43,527 nucleotides of DNA from an uncultured Gammaproteobacteria bacterium (GTDB taxonomy: Bacteria; Pseudomonadota; Gammaproteobacteria; UBA9214). This document shows positions 28,353 to 40,224 of this stretch, piece after piece. Positions within the stretch are counted from its first letter, which is position 1. Every line of letters starts with the position of its first letter. The DNA lies in contig CAJQNP010000079.1 in the NCBI GenBank assembly GCA_905479705.1, positions 1 to 43,527 on the forward strand. Reading direction: 5' to 3'. The position numbers were made by a program, and so were the translations under genes. The notes below the pieces were generated by a model that was not told the DNA's origin, searched no databases, and worked only from the letters and a program-made list of their open reading frames with translations.

Positions 28353-29240
28353 ATGTCTGATTACCCGGCGAGTTTTCTGGATCGTCTGAAGTCCTGGCCA
28401 CTTGTACTGCTGCCCCACCAGTTGCTTTCCAGGGTGGTGCGCGTGGTTACCCGCTGGCGTGTCGCGTGGTTCAAGAATGCCCTGATCAATGGCTTTATCC
28501 GCCTCTTCAATGTCGACATGGATGATGCCGTGGCGCCTGGTGCCGGTAGCTATAGCAGCTTCAATGACTTCTTTACCCGGCCACTGAAACCCTCGGCGCG
28601 GCCGCTGCCCGAGGGCGCTGACGAGATTATCAGTCCGGTGGATGGTCGCGTCAGCCAGGCCGGCCATATCAGCGCTGACCGCCTCATTCAGGCCAAGGGG
28701 CGCGATTACACCCTCGAGGCACTGCTTGGTGGTAATGCGGAGCAGGTCGCGCAGTTTGCCAATGGTGACTTTGCGACGCTGTACCTGTCACCGCGCGATT
28801 ACCATCGGATTCACATGCCCTGCCCCGGTCGTCTGCTCGAGACCACGTACATTCCCGGCCGCCTGTTCAGTGTGGCACCGCACACGGTGCGTGCCATTCC
28901 AGGGTTGTTCACCCGCAATGAGCGGCTGGTGTGCCTGTTCGAGACCCCGCTGGGGCCGATGGCACTGATCATGGTCGGCGCGATCTTCGTGTCCTGCATG
29001 GAAACGGTATGGGGTGGCGTCGTCAATCCGCGCATGGGGATGAAGCTGGAACAGACCCTGTTTGGGCAATCCGCCACGCCGTCGGTTGCCCTCGATCGCG
29101 GTGACGAAATGGGACGCTTCAACATGGGATCCACCGTGATCCTGCTGTTTGCGGAAAATCGCATGAAGCGGTCGGATGCTCTGCAAACGGGGGCAGCCGT
29201 TCGCCTCGGGCAGGTCATCGGTCAGCCCACCAGCCAGTAG
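28353..29240 (+). CDS. psd: Phosphatidylserine decarboxylase proenzyme
   Basis: Motifs are YLSPRDYHRIHMP and the self-cleavage motif (FNMGSTVILLF, G-S-T). Confidence 0.93.
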   Translation: MSDYPASFLDRLKSWPLVLLPHQLLSRVVRVVTRWRVAWFKNALINGFIRLFNVDMDDAVAPGAGSYSSFNDFFTRPLKPSARPLPEGADEIISPVDGRVSQAGHISADRLIQAKGRDYTLEALLGGNAEQVAQFANGDFATLYLSPRDYHRIHMPCPGRLLETTYIPGRLFSVAPHTVRAIPGLFTRNERLVCLFETPLGPMALIMVGAIFVSCMETVWGGVVNPRMGMKLEQTLFGQSATPSVALDRGDEMGRFNMGSTVILLFAENRMKRSDALQTGAAVRLGQVIGQPTSQ

Positions 29241-29339
29241 AATCCCGATAAATCGAACGAATTCCCCTTTACCGCGCGCCTCGGGCCTCGGTATCCTTCG
29301 CCCCCCGTTCAGTCGCGACAACATCCAGGAAGGCACGTC

Positions 29340-30134
29340 ATGCATCCCACGCTCAATATTGCCGTACGCGCGGCCCGCAGTGCCGGTAACGTCATCATTC
29401 GCAATCTCGACCGACTGGACAGCCTCGCGGTTCATACCAAGGACCGCAATGATTTTGTCACCGAGGTCGACCAGCAGGCCGAGAAGGAAATCATCAGCAT
29501 CCTGCGCAGGGCCTATCCGGGTCATGGCATTCTTGCCGAGGAAAGCGGGCTGACAGATGGTGACGATTACCAGTGGATCATCGACCCGCTGGACGGCACG
29601 ACCAATTTCCTGCATGGCTTTCCGCAGTTTGCGGTGTCGATTGCGCTGCGCCACAAGGGACGCCTTGAACAGGCTGTCGTTTATGACCCGATGCGCCAGG
29701 AGCTGTTTACGGCGACCCGCGGTGCCGGTGCCATGCTGAACGACCGGCGTATCCGCGTGACCAAACGTATCTCGCTGGAAGGTGCGCTGCTGGGTACCGG
29801 GTTTCCGTTCAAGGCGCAGCACCACCTGGATGCCTACCTGGATATGTTCCGCGCCCTGTTCCCGCGTACCGCCGGCATCCGGCGCCCGGGTTCTGCCGCG
29901 CTGGACCTGGCGTATGTCGCGGCCGGTCGCCTTGACGGTTTCTGGGAGATAGGCCTGAATATCTGGGACATGGCGGCCGGTGTGCTGCTCATCCAGGAGG
30001 CCGGAGGCCTGTCCAGCGACTTCAGCGGTGGGCACGACTATCTTGAAAACGGCAACCTGGTCTCGGGTAACCCCAAGGTGTTCGCGGACATACTCAAGAC
30101 CATACGGCCCCACGTCACAGAATCACTCTCCTGA
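29340..30134 (+). CDS. suhB: Inositol monophosphatase family protein
   Basis: The N-terminus is MHPTLNIAVRAARSAG. Other motifs are AEESG, WIIDPLDGTTNF and WDMAAG. Confidence 0.93.
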   Translation: MHPTLNIAVRAARSAGNVIIRNLDRLDSLAVHTKDRNDFVTEVDQQAEKEIISILRRAYPGHGILAEESGLTDGDDYQWIIDPLDGTTNFLHGFPQFAVSIALRHKGRLEQAVVYDPMRQELFTATRGAGAMLNDRRIRVTKRISLEGALLGTGFPFKAQHHLDAYLDMFRALFPRTAGIRRPGSAALDLAYVAAGRLDGFWEIGLNIWDMAAGVLLIQEAGGLSSDFSGGHDYLENGNLVSGNPKVFADILKTIRPHVTESLS

Positions 30135-30297
30135 TGAGGCTTGAATAAGAATGAGGAGTGTTCAGTAACTAATTGTATTAAATATTATATATTGGATATT
30201 TTCGAACGAAATTTTCAGGCCATACAGGTTTAAGTTTGCCTACCCTGCGCCGATGCATAAATCACGCATCGTGATCCACATAACAGGGTGACTAACA

Positions 30298-30486
30298 TTG
30301 AGAAACAAGAGAATTAACGGTGACGCACTGGAAATGATCATGCGTGATGTCATGCATGGAATGCTCGGATTTACCCACGAAACCTGCCGCGGCAGTGAAA
30401 CCGCGAAGATGGACATCCTCGCTGTTGAAGAAGCCGATAACTGCGCACAGCCCTCGGCGACCGTTATACCCTTCCCGAAAAAGTAA
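30298..30486 (+). CDS. Possible small protein (62 codons from TTG, or 48 from ATG 30340)
   Basis: This is the only sizeable + strand ORF in the 368-bp gap between the convergent suhB and secF genes. It is preceded by an AT-rich promoter-like patch and followed 10 nt later by a 6-bp hairpin. Third-position G+C is about 32 of 50 by hand count from ATG 30340. No family is recognised and the start is uncertain. Confidence 0.3.
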   Translation: MRNKRINGDALEMIMRDVMHGMLGFTHETCRGSETAKMDILAVEEADNCAQPSATVIPFPKK

Positions 30487-30502
30487 CAGCCCCGGCGGCA
30501 GG

Positions 30503-31441
30503 CTAGACCATACTGCCGTCACCTTCCTTGCTTTCCACCTTGGTCTGCATCAGGTCGGCCTTGGTCACACCCAGTGCCAGGGTGGCGGTACTGGCCACAT
30601 AGATCGATGAATAGGTACCCACGACGACGCCGAGTATCAAGGCCAGCGAGAAGGCGTGGATCACTTCACCGCCAAACACAAACAGCGAAATCAACACCAG
30701 CAAGGTCGTGATGGACGTCATCAAGGTACGTGAGATCGTCTGGTTCAGCGAGGTGTTGACGATATCGACGGGTGTGCCCTTGCGCATCTTGCGGAAGTTC
30801 TCGCGAATACGGTCAAACACCACGATGGTATCGTTGAGCGAGTAACCGATCACGGCAAGCAGCGCTGCCAGCACGGTCAGGTTAAAGTCGAACTGAAACA
30901 CTGCAAAGAAACCCAGCACGATCAGCACATCGTGTACCAGCGCAATCACGGCACCCGGTGCAAAGCGCCACTGGAAACGCACCATGATGTAGATGAGGAT
31001 GCCGACCAGCGCATAAATCATGGCCAGTGCGCCCTGCTCGGTGAGTTCTTCACCCACCTGGGGTCCGACAAATTCTATGCGGCGCATCTCGACGCCGGCG
31101 TTTTGCTGGCGTAATCCTGCCAGTGCCTCCTCGCTAAGCTGCGCGCTCTCTTTTTCGGCCTGTGGTGCTATGCGCACCAGTACATCACGTGATGTGCCGA
31201 AATGCTGTACCTGTGCCCCGTCAAACCCGCTGGTTGCCAGCACGTTGCGAATGGGTTCCAGTTCGACCGCCTGCGGGTAACCGACCTCGATGAGGGTGCC
31301 GCCGGTAAAGTCGATACCGAAGTTCAGGCCCCGCGTAATCAGCGCGAACAGCGCGATTGCCAGCAGTATCGCCGAAAACACCATGGCAATGCGCCGCTTG
31401 CTCATGAAGTCGATTGCCAGTTTGCCTTTTAAGAGTTGCAT
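30503..31441 (-). CDS. secF: Protein translocase subunit SecF
   Basis: It matches the SecF family along its length (GIDFTGGTLIEV, SLNDTIVVFDRIREN). It lies directly downstream of secD. Confidence 0.95.
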   Translation of the reverse strand: MQLLKGKLAIDFMSKRRIAMVFSAILLAIALFALITRGLNFGIDFTGGTLIEVGYPQAVELEPIRNVLATSGFDGAQVQHFGTSRDVLVRIAPQAEKESAQLSEEALAGLRQQNAGVEMRRIEFVGPQVGEELTEQGALAMIYALVGILIYIMVRFQWRFAPGAVIALVHDVLIVLGFFAVFQFDFNLTVLAALLAVIGYSLNDTIVVFDRIRENFRKMRKGTPVDIVNTSLNQTISRTLMTSITTLLVLISLFVFGGEVIHAFSLALILGVVVGTYSSIYVASTATLALGVTKADLMQTKVESKEGDGSMV

Positions 31442-31461
31442 GCTTGTTGATCCTTCAGACT

Positions 31462-33318
31462 TTAAATAGACAGCCGTGAGACACGACGGCCGCCGTAAAT
31501 GAGGTTGATGACCGCGCGCGTACCCAGAATGGCGGTGAACATGGATGTGACAATACCGATGGCCAGTGTCACGGCGAATCCCTTGATGGCGCCGGTGCCG
31601 TAACTCAGCAGTACCACGGCCGCGATCAGGGTCGTGATGTTGGCATCCGCGATGGTCGAGAACGCCTTTTCATAACCGGAATGAATGCTCGCCTGCGGGC
31701 TGTTGCCGTTGCGTAACTCCTCACGGATACGCTCGAAGATGAGCACGTTCGCATCGACCGCCATACCCACGGTGAGCACGATACCGGCGATGCCGGGCAT
31801 GGTCAGGGTCGCCTGCAGCATGGACAGGACCGCGATAATCAGCACCAGGTTCAGTGCCAGCGCGAGGTCAGCCACCAGACCGAATGTCTTGTAATACAGT
31901 GCCATGAAGACCAGCACGGCGATAAAGCCGATAATGACCGAGTTGAAACCCTGCTCGATATTATCCTTGCCGAGGCTCGGGCCGATGGTGCGTTCCTCGA
32001 CAATGTTGATGGGGGCAGCGAGCGCGCCCGAGCGGAGCAACAAGGCGAGTTCGTGCGCTTCCTGCGTACTGTCGAGACCGGTGGTCTGGAAGCGCTTGCT
32101 GAAGACGTCACGGATGGTGGCAACGCTGATGACCTCCTCGATCTTCTTGCTGGTCTTGACCGGCTCACCGTCAACAATGCGTGTTTCACTCTTGTTCTCG
32201 ATAAACACCACTGCCATGGGCTTGCCGACGCTCTTCTTGGTGAAGTTCAGCATGCTGCGCGCACCCTTGGCATCCAGCATGACGGATACCTGCGGGCCGC
32301 CGGTCTGCTGATCGAGCCCGGAACTGGCGTTCACAATCTGGTCACCGGTAACGATAACGGCCTTCTTCAGCAACACCGGGTTGCCGTCCCGGTCCTTGTA
32401 AATCCGCGAGCCGGCCGGCACTGTCCCGGCGACGGCTGCCTGTACATCGTGTTCGGTGTCAACGGCGCGGTATTCCAGGGTGGCGGTGGCGCCAAGGATG
32501 CGTTTTGCCTCGGCGGTGTCCTGCACACCGGGTAGTTGCACGACGATGCGGTTTGCACCCTGCTGCACAATCACAGGTTCCGCCACACCCAGTTCATTGA
32601 CGCGGTTGCGCAGGGTCAGGATATTCTGCTGCAGGGCAAAGGTCTCGATGTCGCGCAGTTCCTGCTCGTCCATGGTGGCCAGCAGGCCGGGCTTGTCGTC
32701 GGTATCAATGTCTTCCAGTTTCAGCGTTGGCAGTTCCTTGCGAATCAGTTCGCGCGACTGCTCGCGGTCCTCGTTACTGCGGAAAATGACGCGCACGCCC
32801 TGCGCCTCGGCGCGGATCATGGCATAGCGAATCCGGGCCTCGCGCAGCAATGACCTGACGTCATTGCCATAGCGTTCCAGGGCGCGTTCTGCCGCCGCCT
32901 CCATATCCACTTCCATGAGGAAGTGCACGCCACCGCGCAGGTCCAGGCCAAGGTACATGGGCAGCGCGTTCAGCGAGTTGAGCCAGTCGGGCGTGGCCGG
33001 TGCCAGGTTCAGGGCAACGACGTAGTTGGTACCCAGTTCGGACTTGACGTAGTCAACCGCCTTGAGCTGTGTCTCCGTGTCGTTAAAGCGAATCAGCAAC
33101 TGACCGGGCTTGACCTCGGCCTGCTTGACGGTAATGCCTGCAGTATCCAGTGTGCTGACCAGCCGGTCCCTGACTGCCTCATCAATGCTGGCATTGCGGC
33201 CAGCGGAGATTTGCAGCGCAGGATCCTCACCGTAGACATTTGGCAGGGCATAGATGGCACCGACCACCAGCACGACCACCAGTAACAGGTACTTCCATAT
33301 CGGGTACTGATTCATCAT
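31462..33318 (-). CDS. secD: Protein translocase subunit SecD
   Basis: It shows SecD family features (LGLDLRGGVHFLMEV, GPSLGKDNI, DANVLIFERIREE). It sits in the yajC-secD-secF order. Confidence 0.95.
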   Translation of the reverse strand: MMNQYPIWKYLLLVVVLVVGAIYALPNVYGEDPALQISAGRNASIDEAVRDRLVSTLDTAGITVKQAEVKPGQLLIRFNDTETQLKAVDYVKSELGTNYVVALNLAPATPDWLNSLNALPMYLGLDLRGGVHFLMEVDMEAAAERALERYGNDVRSLLREARIRYAMIRAEAQGVRVIFRSNEDREQSRELIRKELPTLKLEDIDTDDKPGLLATMDEQELRDIETFALQQNILTLRNRVNELGVAEPVIVQQGANRIVVQLPGVQDTAEAKRILGATATLEYRAVDTEHDVQAAVAGTVPAGSRIYKDRDGNPVLLKKAVIVTGDQIVNASSGLDQQTGGPQVSVMLDAKGARSMLNFTKKSVGKPMAVVFIENKSETRIVDGEPVKTSKKIEEVISVATIRDVFSKRFQTTGLDSTQEAHELALLLRSGALAAPINIVEERTIGPSLGKDNIEQGFNSVIIGFIAVLVFMALYYKTFGLVADLALALNLVLIIAVLSMLQATLTMPGIAGIVLTVGMAVDANVLIFERIREELRNGNSPQASIHSGYEKAFSTIADANITTLIAAVVLLSYGTGAIKGFAVTLAIGIVTSMFTAILGTRAVINLIYGGRRVSRLSI

Positions 33319-33341
33319 TTAACTTGTTTCCTTCGGGGCCC

Positions 33342-33668
33342 TTAGAGTCCCTTGATTGTTCCCTTTGGCATCACGTTGGCAATGGCATTGCGCTGCAGCT
33401 TGACCGTAACACCCTCCGTGAGTTCAACATCCACGAAACTGTCGCCCACTTTCGTCAGTTTTCCCAGCAGGCCGCCATTGGTCACGACCTCGTCACCCTT
33501 GGCAAGCGCCCCGACCATCTGCTTGTGCTCCTTGGCCTTCTTGCTTTGCGGACGAATCAGCAAAAAGTAAAACACGATAAAGATGAACACCAGTGGCAGC
33601 AGGCTGGTGATCGGGTCTGCCTGTGATGCCGAGTCTGCTGCGAGCGCATCCGAGATAAAGAAATTCAT
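33342..33668 (-). CDS. yajC: Preprotein translocase subunit YajC
   Basis: It is 108 aa with a single TM segment and the motif YFLLIRPQSKKAKEHKQMV...GDEVVTNGGLLGK. Confidence 0.93.
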   Translation of the reverse strand: MNFFISDALAADSASQADPITSLLPLVFIFIVFYFLLIRPQSKKAKEHKQMVGALAKGDEVVTNGGLLGKLTKVGDSFVDVELTEGVTVKLQRNAIANVMPKGTIKGL

Positions 33669-33760
33669 GGTTTGTCCTCACTTTTTATGCCGTGCACGGT
33701 GACGGCCGGTTTGCCGCGCGGGGCCTGCCATGTCGAATGGGCCCCGATAAAAGCGCGGTA

Positions 33761-35922
<2,162 letters not shown>

Positions 35923-35961
35923 GGCGCGGGATAGTAGCATAGGCCGAACAGCCCCAGACGC

Positions 35962-35989
35962 TTGCCCATGTGCCGGGAATCTTTATACT
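35962..35989 (+). promoter_or_regulatory. Sigma70-type promoter for tRNA-Leu
   Basis: The sequence reads TTGCCC (35962-35967), a 16-nt spacer, then TATACT (35984-35989). This is about 32 nt upstream of the tRNA 5' end. The call rests on motifs only. Confidence 0.4.
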
Positions 35990-36021
35990 AGCTGCCTTTC
36001 GCAGGCTTGTGGTTCGAGCTT

Positions 36022-36108
36022 GCCGGGGTGGCGGAACTGGTAGACGCAGTGGACTCAAAATCCACCGGTAGCAATACCGTGCGAGTTCGATTCTCGCCCT
36101 CGGCACCA
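36022..36108 (+). tRNA. tRNA-Leu (anticodon CAA), long variable arm, encoded CCA
   Basis: The sequence is GCCGGGGTGGCGGAACTGGTAGACGCAGTGGACTCAAAATCCACCGGTAGCAATACCGTGCGAGTTCGATTCTCGCCCTCGGCACCA. It has a 7-bp acceptor stem with one G-U pair, and the anticodon loop is CU-CAA-AA. Confidence 0.95.
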
Positions 36109-36177
36109 TATTTTCGGCGGTATGCAAAGCTACCGGTTCTTGATTACTCAATCTTAATCCAAGCATAGGATCACCCA

Positions 36178-38736
36178 ATGTCAGGCACGCGTTTCTCCCT
36201 TGAAGTACAACCCCGGATTCCGGCCGAACTGAAACAACTTGAAGACCTGGCAAGTGACCTGTTTTACAGCTGGGACCGGCAGGTGCGGCGGCTGTTTACC
36301 CGGCTGGACCAGGACCTCTGGGGCAGTTCCGGCCACAATCCGAAGACCTTTCTGCGGCGCATTTCGCAGGAACGACTCGAGGCGGCGGTCAATGACCGTG
36401 TCTTCATGGAAGATTTTCAGCGGGTGCTTGCAGCCTATGAAACCTACCACCAGCAGGAAATGCCTCCCGTTATCGGCGAGCATATCAACCCCGATGACGA
36501 CCTGATCGCCTACTTCTGTGCCGAGTTCGGCTTTCATGAAAGCCTGCCCATTTACTCGGGTGGCCTGGGTATCCTGGCGGGAGACCACTGCAAGGCCGCC
36601 AGTGACCTGTGCATCCCGTTCGTCGCTGTTGGCATCCTTTATCGGCAGGGTTACTTCAACCAGACCATCGATGAACACGGCAACCAGATTTCACACTATT
36701 CTCCCTCTGACTTCCATGACCTGCCCGTCACCCAGGCAGTGGATGACGATGGCAATCCACTGGTCATCGAGATCGATTTTCCCGGTCGCAAGGTCTTCCT
36801 GCATGTGTGGTGCGCCAAGGCCGGGCATATCAACCTGTACCTGCTGGACAGCGACCTCGAGGAAAACCAGGATCACGATCGCATCATTACCCACCAGTTA
36901 TACGGCGGTGACAAGACGACACGTATCCAGCAGGAAATCGTGCTGGGTATCGGTGGCGTGCGCGCATTGCGGGCGCTTGGTATCCGCCCGACGGTGTGGC
37001 ACATCAACGAGGGACACTCTGCCTTCCAGATCCTGGAGCGCTGTCGCGAAGGTACCCTGAAGGGTTACGAATTTGATACGGCGCTGGAAGTGATTGCCGC
37101 GGGCACCGTGTTTACCACGCATACCCCGGTCGCGGCCGGCCATGACATCTTTGATCACGAACTCGTTGCCGGCTACTTCAAGGACTATATCAAGGACCTG
37201 AATATCGACATGCAGAAGTTTCTGCATCTGGGTGCCACGCCCGGCAACCACGGCGCGTTCAACCAGACGGCGCTGGCACTGCGCGGCTCCCGCTTCCATA
37301 ACGGGGTCAGTCGCATACATGGCACGGTTGCCTCGGAAATGGAGCACTATGTCTGGCCGGACGTCCCCTACCGCGAGAATCCGATCCGCTATGTAACCAA
37401 CGGTGTGCACCTGCAGACCTTCCTGGCGCGCGAGTGGTCGAACCTGTACGACATGCGTTTCGGTCGCGCCTGGCGCGACGAGCTGCTGAACGAGGAATAC
37501 TGGCAGCGCATTGATGAAATCCCCGATCACAGCTACTGGAGCCTGCGCCAGTCACTGAAGACGGAGCTGTTCGAGAATGTCCTCACCCGGGCGCTGCACC
37601 AGTATCGCCGCAACGGTTGCAGCGAGGTGCTGATGGAGCGCCTGACGCAGCACGTTACCGGGAGTGACTCCGACATCCTCACGGTGGGCTTTGCGCGGCG
37701 CTTTGCGACCTACAAGCGTGCCGCGCTGTTGTTCTCCGATCCGGAGCGTCTCAGCCGTATACTGAAGAACCCGGAACGCCCGGTGCTGCTGATCTTTGCC
37801 GGCAAGGCCCACCCGAGTGATGCCCCCGGACAGCAGCTGATCCGTACCATCCACGAGTTTTCGCTCAGGCCGGAATTCATCGGGCACATCCTGTTGCTGG
37901 AGGGCTACGACCTGGCGCTGGGCCGCAAGCTGGTGACCGGTGTCGATGTCTGGCTGAACACGCCGGAGTACCCGCTGGAGGCCAGTGGTACCTCCGGCCA
38001 GAAGGCCGGTATGAACGGTGTCATCAACCTCAGTGTGCTGGATGGCTGGTGGGCGGAGGGTTACAACGGTGAAAATGGCTGGGCGATCACCCCGCACGAG
38101 CCACACTTCGATCCCGAATACCGCAACCATGAAGAGGCCAGTGAGCTGCTTGATCTGCTGGAGAGCAAGATCGCCCCGCTCTACTACGACCGCAATGCAC
38201 AGGGCTACTCGGAGAGCTGGGTGGGCATCTCCAAGGCCTCCATGAAGTCCATTATCCCGAACTACAATGCCCAGCGCATGGTAAGGGACTACATTGTCAA
38301 CTTTTATGCGCCGGCCAGTCGCCACAACAGAAAGTTGTGTGCGGATGATTACAAGGGGGCACTGCAGCTGGCTGCGTGGAAGGCCAAGATCAGCAAGGAC
38401 TGGGAGCATGTCTCCATGCGACGCGTGGATGAGGTCAAGACCTCGCTGAACTCGGGCGACAGTCTGAAGATAGATGTTGCCGTTACGCTGGGCGAATTGA
38501 CGGCAGATGATGTCGTGCTGGAGTGCATCGTCGGTACCGACACGGGCCACGAGGGCTTCGTGGAGCGGGAACATGTGCGTCTGCAGCCGGCGGGCGCGAC
38601 CGGTGACAATGAAACCCTGTTCAGCATCAACCTGGCGCCGCCGCTATCCGGGCTGCAGTTCTACAAGCTGCGCCTGTATCCCAGTCATCCGCTGCAGGCC
38701 CATCGTTTCGAGACCGGGCGTATTATCTGGCTATAA
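36178..38736 (+). CDS. glgP: Alpha-glucan phosphorylase (GT35, the about 850-aa bacterial/archaeal type with a DUF3417-like N-terminus)
   Basis: Motifs are SGGLGILAGDHCKAASDL and the PLP-lysine block LEASGTSGQKAGMNGV. Confidence 0.9.
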   Translation: MSGTRFSLEVQPRIPAELKQLEDLASDLFYSWDRQVRRLFTRLDQDLWGSSGHNPKTFLRRISQERLEAAVNDRVFMEDFQRVLAAYETYHQQEMPPVIGEHINPDDDLIAYFCAEFGFHESLPIYSGGLGILAGDHCKAASDLCIPFVAVGILYRQGYFNQTIDEHGNQISHYSPSDFHDLPVTQAVDDDGNPLVIEIDFPGRKVFLHVWCAKAGHINLYLLDSDLEENQDHDRIITHQLYGGDKTTRIQQEIVLGIGGVRALRALGIRPTVWHINEGHSAFQILERCREGTLKGYEFDTALEVIAAGTVFTTHTPVAAGHDIFDHELVAGYFKDYIKDLNIDMQKFLHLGATPGNHGAFNQTALALRGSRFHNGVSRIHGTVASEMEHYVWPDVPYRENPIRYVTNGVHLQTFLAREWSNLYDMRFGRAWRDELLNEEYWQRIDEIPDHSYWSLRQSLKTELFENVLTRALHQYRRNGCSEVLMERLTQHVTGSDSDILTVGFARRFATYKRAALLFSDPERLSRILKNPERPVLLIFAGKAHPSDAPGQQLIRTIHEFSLRPEFIGHILLLEGYDLALGRKLVTGVDVWLNTPEYPLEASGTSGQKAGMNGVINLSVLDGWWAEGYNGENGWAITPHEPHFDPEYRNHEEASELLDLLESKIAPLYYDRNAQGYSESWVGISKASMKSIIPNYNAQRMVRDYIVNFYAPASRHNRKLCADDYKGALQLAAWKAKISKDWEHVSMRRVDEVKTSLNSGDSLKIDVAVTLGELTADDVVLECIVGTDTGHEGFVEREHVRLQPAGATGDNETLFSINLAPPLSGLQFYKLRLYPSHPLQAHRFETGRIIWL

Positions 38737-40191
38737 CCAGGTGTTGTTGCGTGTGTAGCGCTCGACCAGTTCATGTATGCGCGCTGCCAGTTCTGCCGGT
38801 ACCTGCGTCCAGCTAAAGCGCCACTGCCAGTTGTTGGCGGTTGTACCCGGCGTGTTCATGCGGTTGTCGCTGCCGAGTGACAGGATATCCTGCATGGGCA
38901 GCACGGCCAGCGTGGCCTTCGAGTTCATTGCCATTTCAACGAGTGGCCAGGGCATCTCGCCGGGGTACCGCACGGCATACTTCTCGAATCGTCCGCGCAT
39001 TGTCTCGTCCAGGCTGTGATACCAGCCGAGCGTGGTGTCATTGTCATGCGTGCCGGTATAGACGACCGACAGGCGTTCGTGGTTGTCTGGCAGGTAGGGA
39101 TTGTCCTCACCACCGTCAAAGGCGAACTGCAGTATCTTCATGCCCGGGAAGTCGTAGGCCATGCGCAGGGCATCGACCTCCGCCGTGATGATGCCCAGGT
39201 CCTCGGCGACGATCGGCAGTTCCCCAAATTCCCCGCGCAGGCGGTCAAACAGGCGTCCGCCCGGCCCGGGAACCCAGTGCCCGTCGATGGCCGTGTCGCA
39301 ATCCGCGGGTATCTCCCAGAACTTCTCAAAGCCGCGGAAGTGATCAAGCCGCAACAGGTCGAATAACTCCAGCTGGGTCTTGAAACGTTCCACCCACCAG
39401 CCAAAGTCCTGTTGCTCGAGGATGTCCCAGCAATACAGCGGATTGCCCCAGCGTTGCCCGGTCTCGGAAAAATAATCGGGTGGAACACCGGCGACCGTCT
39501 CAGGTAGTCCGGCGTCATTGACCGTGAACAGTTCCGGGTTGGCCCAGACGTCGGCACTGTCATGTGCTACGTAAATCGGCATGTCGCCGAACAGGGCAAC
39601 ACCGTGAGTTCTGGCGTAGCGGTGCAAGGCTGCCCACTGGGAAAAGAACAGGTATTGCTCAAAGCGCACCTGCTCTGCGGCAGCGGCGTGGTCCGCTTCG
39701 AGCGTAACGGCCTGCTGCCAGTCGCGCAGTGCGGCGGGCCATTCAAACCAGGGGCGGTTGTCCTGTGACTGGCGGATCGCCTGGTAGAGGGCGTAGGCGT
39801 CCAGCCAGAAGGCATGGGTGTCCCTGAAATCCGCGTAGCCCTTGTGTTGTGCGGGCGTTGCCGTCGCGGCAAAACCGGTCTTCGCCGCCAGCAGGCATTC
39901 CTGCAGAGAGGCGCTGGCTGCCAGCGCCGGGGATAACCAGCCGGCAGCGACCAGGTCATCGAGGCAGATCAGCCCGGTATTTCCGGCATGCACGGACAGA
40001 CACTGATAGGGAGAGCGGTCGGCATGTGTCGGACCCAGCGGCAGCATTTGCCAGACAGTAATGCCGGCGGACTGCAGGAAGTCGATGAAGCGGCGGGCAT
40101 CCTGACCGATGTTGCCGCAGCCATGTGGACCCGGTAACGAGGTCGGGTGCAGCAGTACACCGGCGCGCCGGTCTCTGAGCGGGTTGTTCAC
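38731..40191 (-). CDS. malQ: 4-alpha-glucanotransferase (amylomaltase, GH77)
   Basis: Motifs are RRAGVLLHPTSLPG, LRLDHFRGF, PIVAEDLG and YTGTHDNDT. Its 3' end overlaps the glgP 3' end by 6 nt. Confidence 0.93.
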   Translation of the reverse strand: MNNPLRDRRAGVLLHPTSLPGPHGCGNIGQDARRFIDFLQSAGITVWQMLPLGPTHADRSPYQCLSVHAGNTGLICLDDLVAAGWLSPALAASASLQECLLAAKTGFAATATPAQHKGYADFRDTHAFWLDAYALYQAIRQSQDNRPWFEWPAALRDWQQAVTLEADHAAAAEQVRFEQYLFFSQWAALHRYARTHGVALFGDMPIYVAHDSADVWANPELFTVNDAGLPETVAGVPPDYFSETGQRWGNPLYCWDILEQQDFGWWVERFKTQLELFDLLRLDHFRGFEKFWEIPADCDTAIDGHWVPGPGGRLFDRLRGEFGELPIVAEDLGIITAEVDALRMAYDFPGMKILQFAFDGGEDNPYLPDNHERLSVVYTGTHDNDTTLGWYHSLDETMRGRFEKYAVRYPGEMPWPLVEMAMNSKATLAVLPMQDILSLGSDNRMNTPGTTANNWQWRFSWTQVPAELAARIHELVERYTRNNTWL

Positions 40192-40224
40192 GCCGCGCGG
40201 AAAGACATGGGGGTCATCGCATGA

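Noticed and set aside
28788-30113. A 441-aa minus-strand ORF, the longest unexplained ORF in the track, spans psd and suhB.
   Set aside because: It is fully antisense to two genes with unmistakable family motifs (psd G-S-T cleavage site, suhB WIIDPLDGTTNF). Its product is Arg/Gly/His/Gln-rich, as expected for a shadow frame in GC-rich DNA. It has no SD and no recognisable domain.
30292-30522. A 76-aa minus-strand ORF lies in the suhB-secF gap.
   Set aside because: It overlaps the secF stop region out of frame and is antisense to the better-supported plus-strand small ORF. It has no SD and odd composition.
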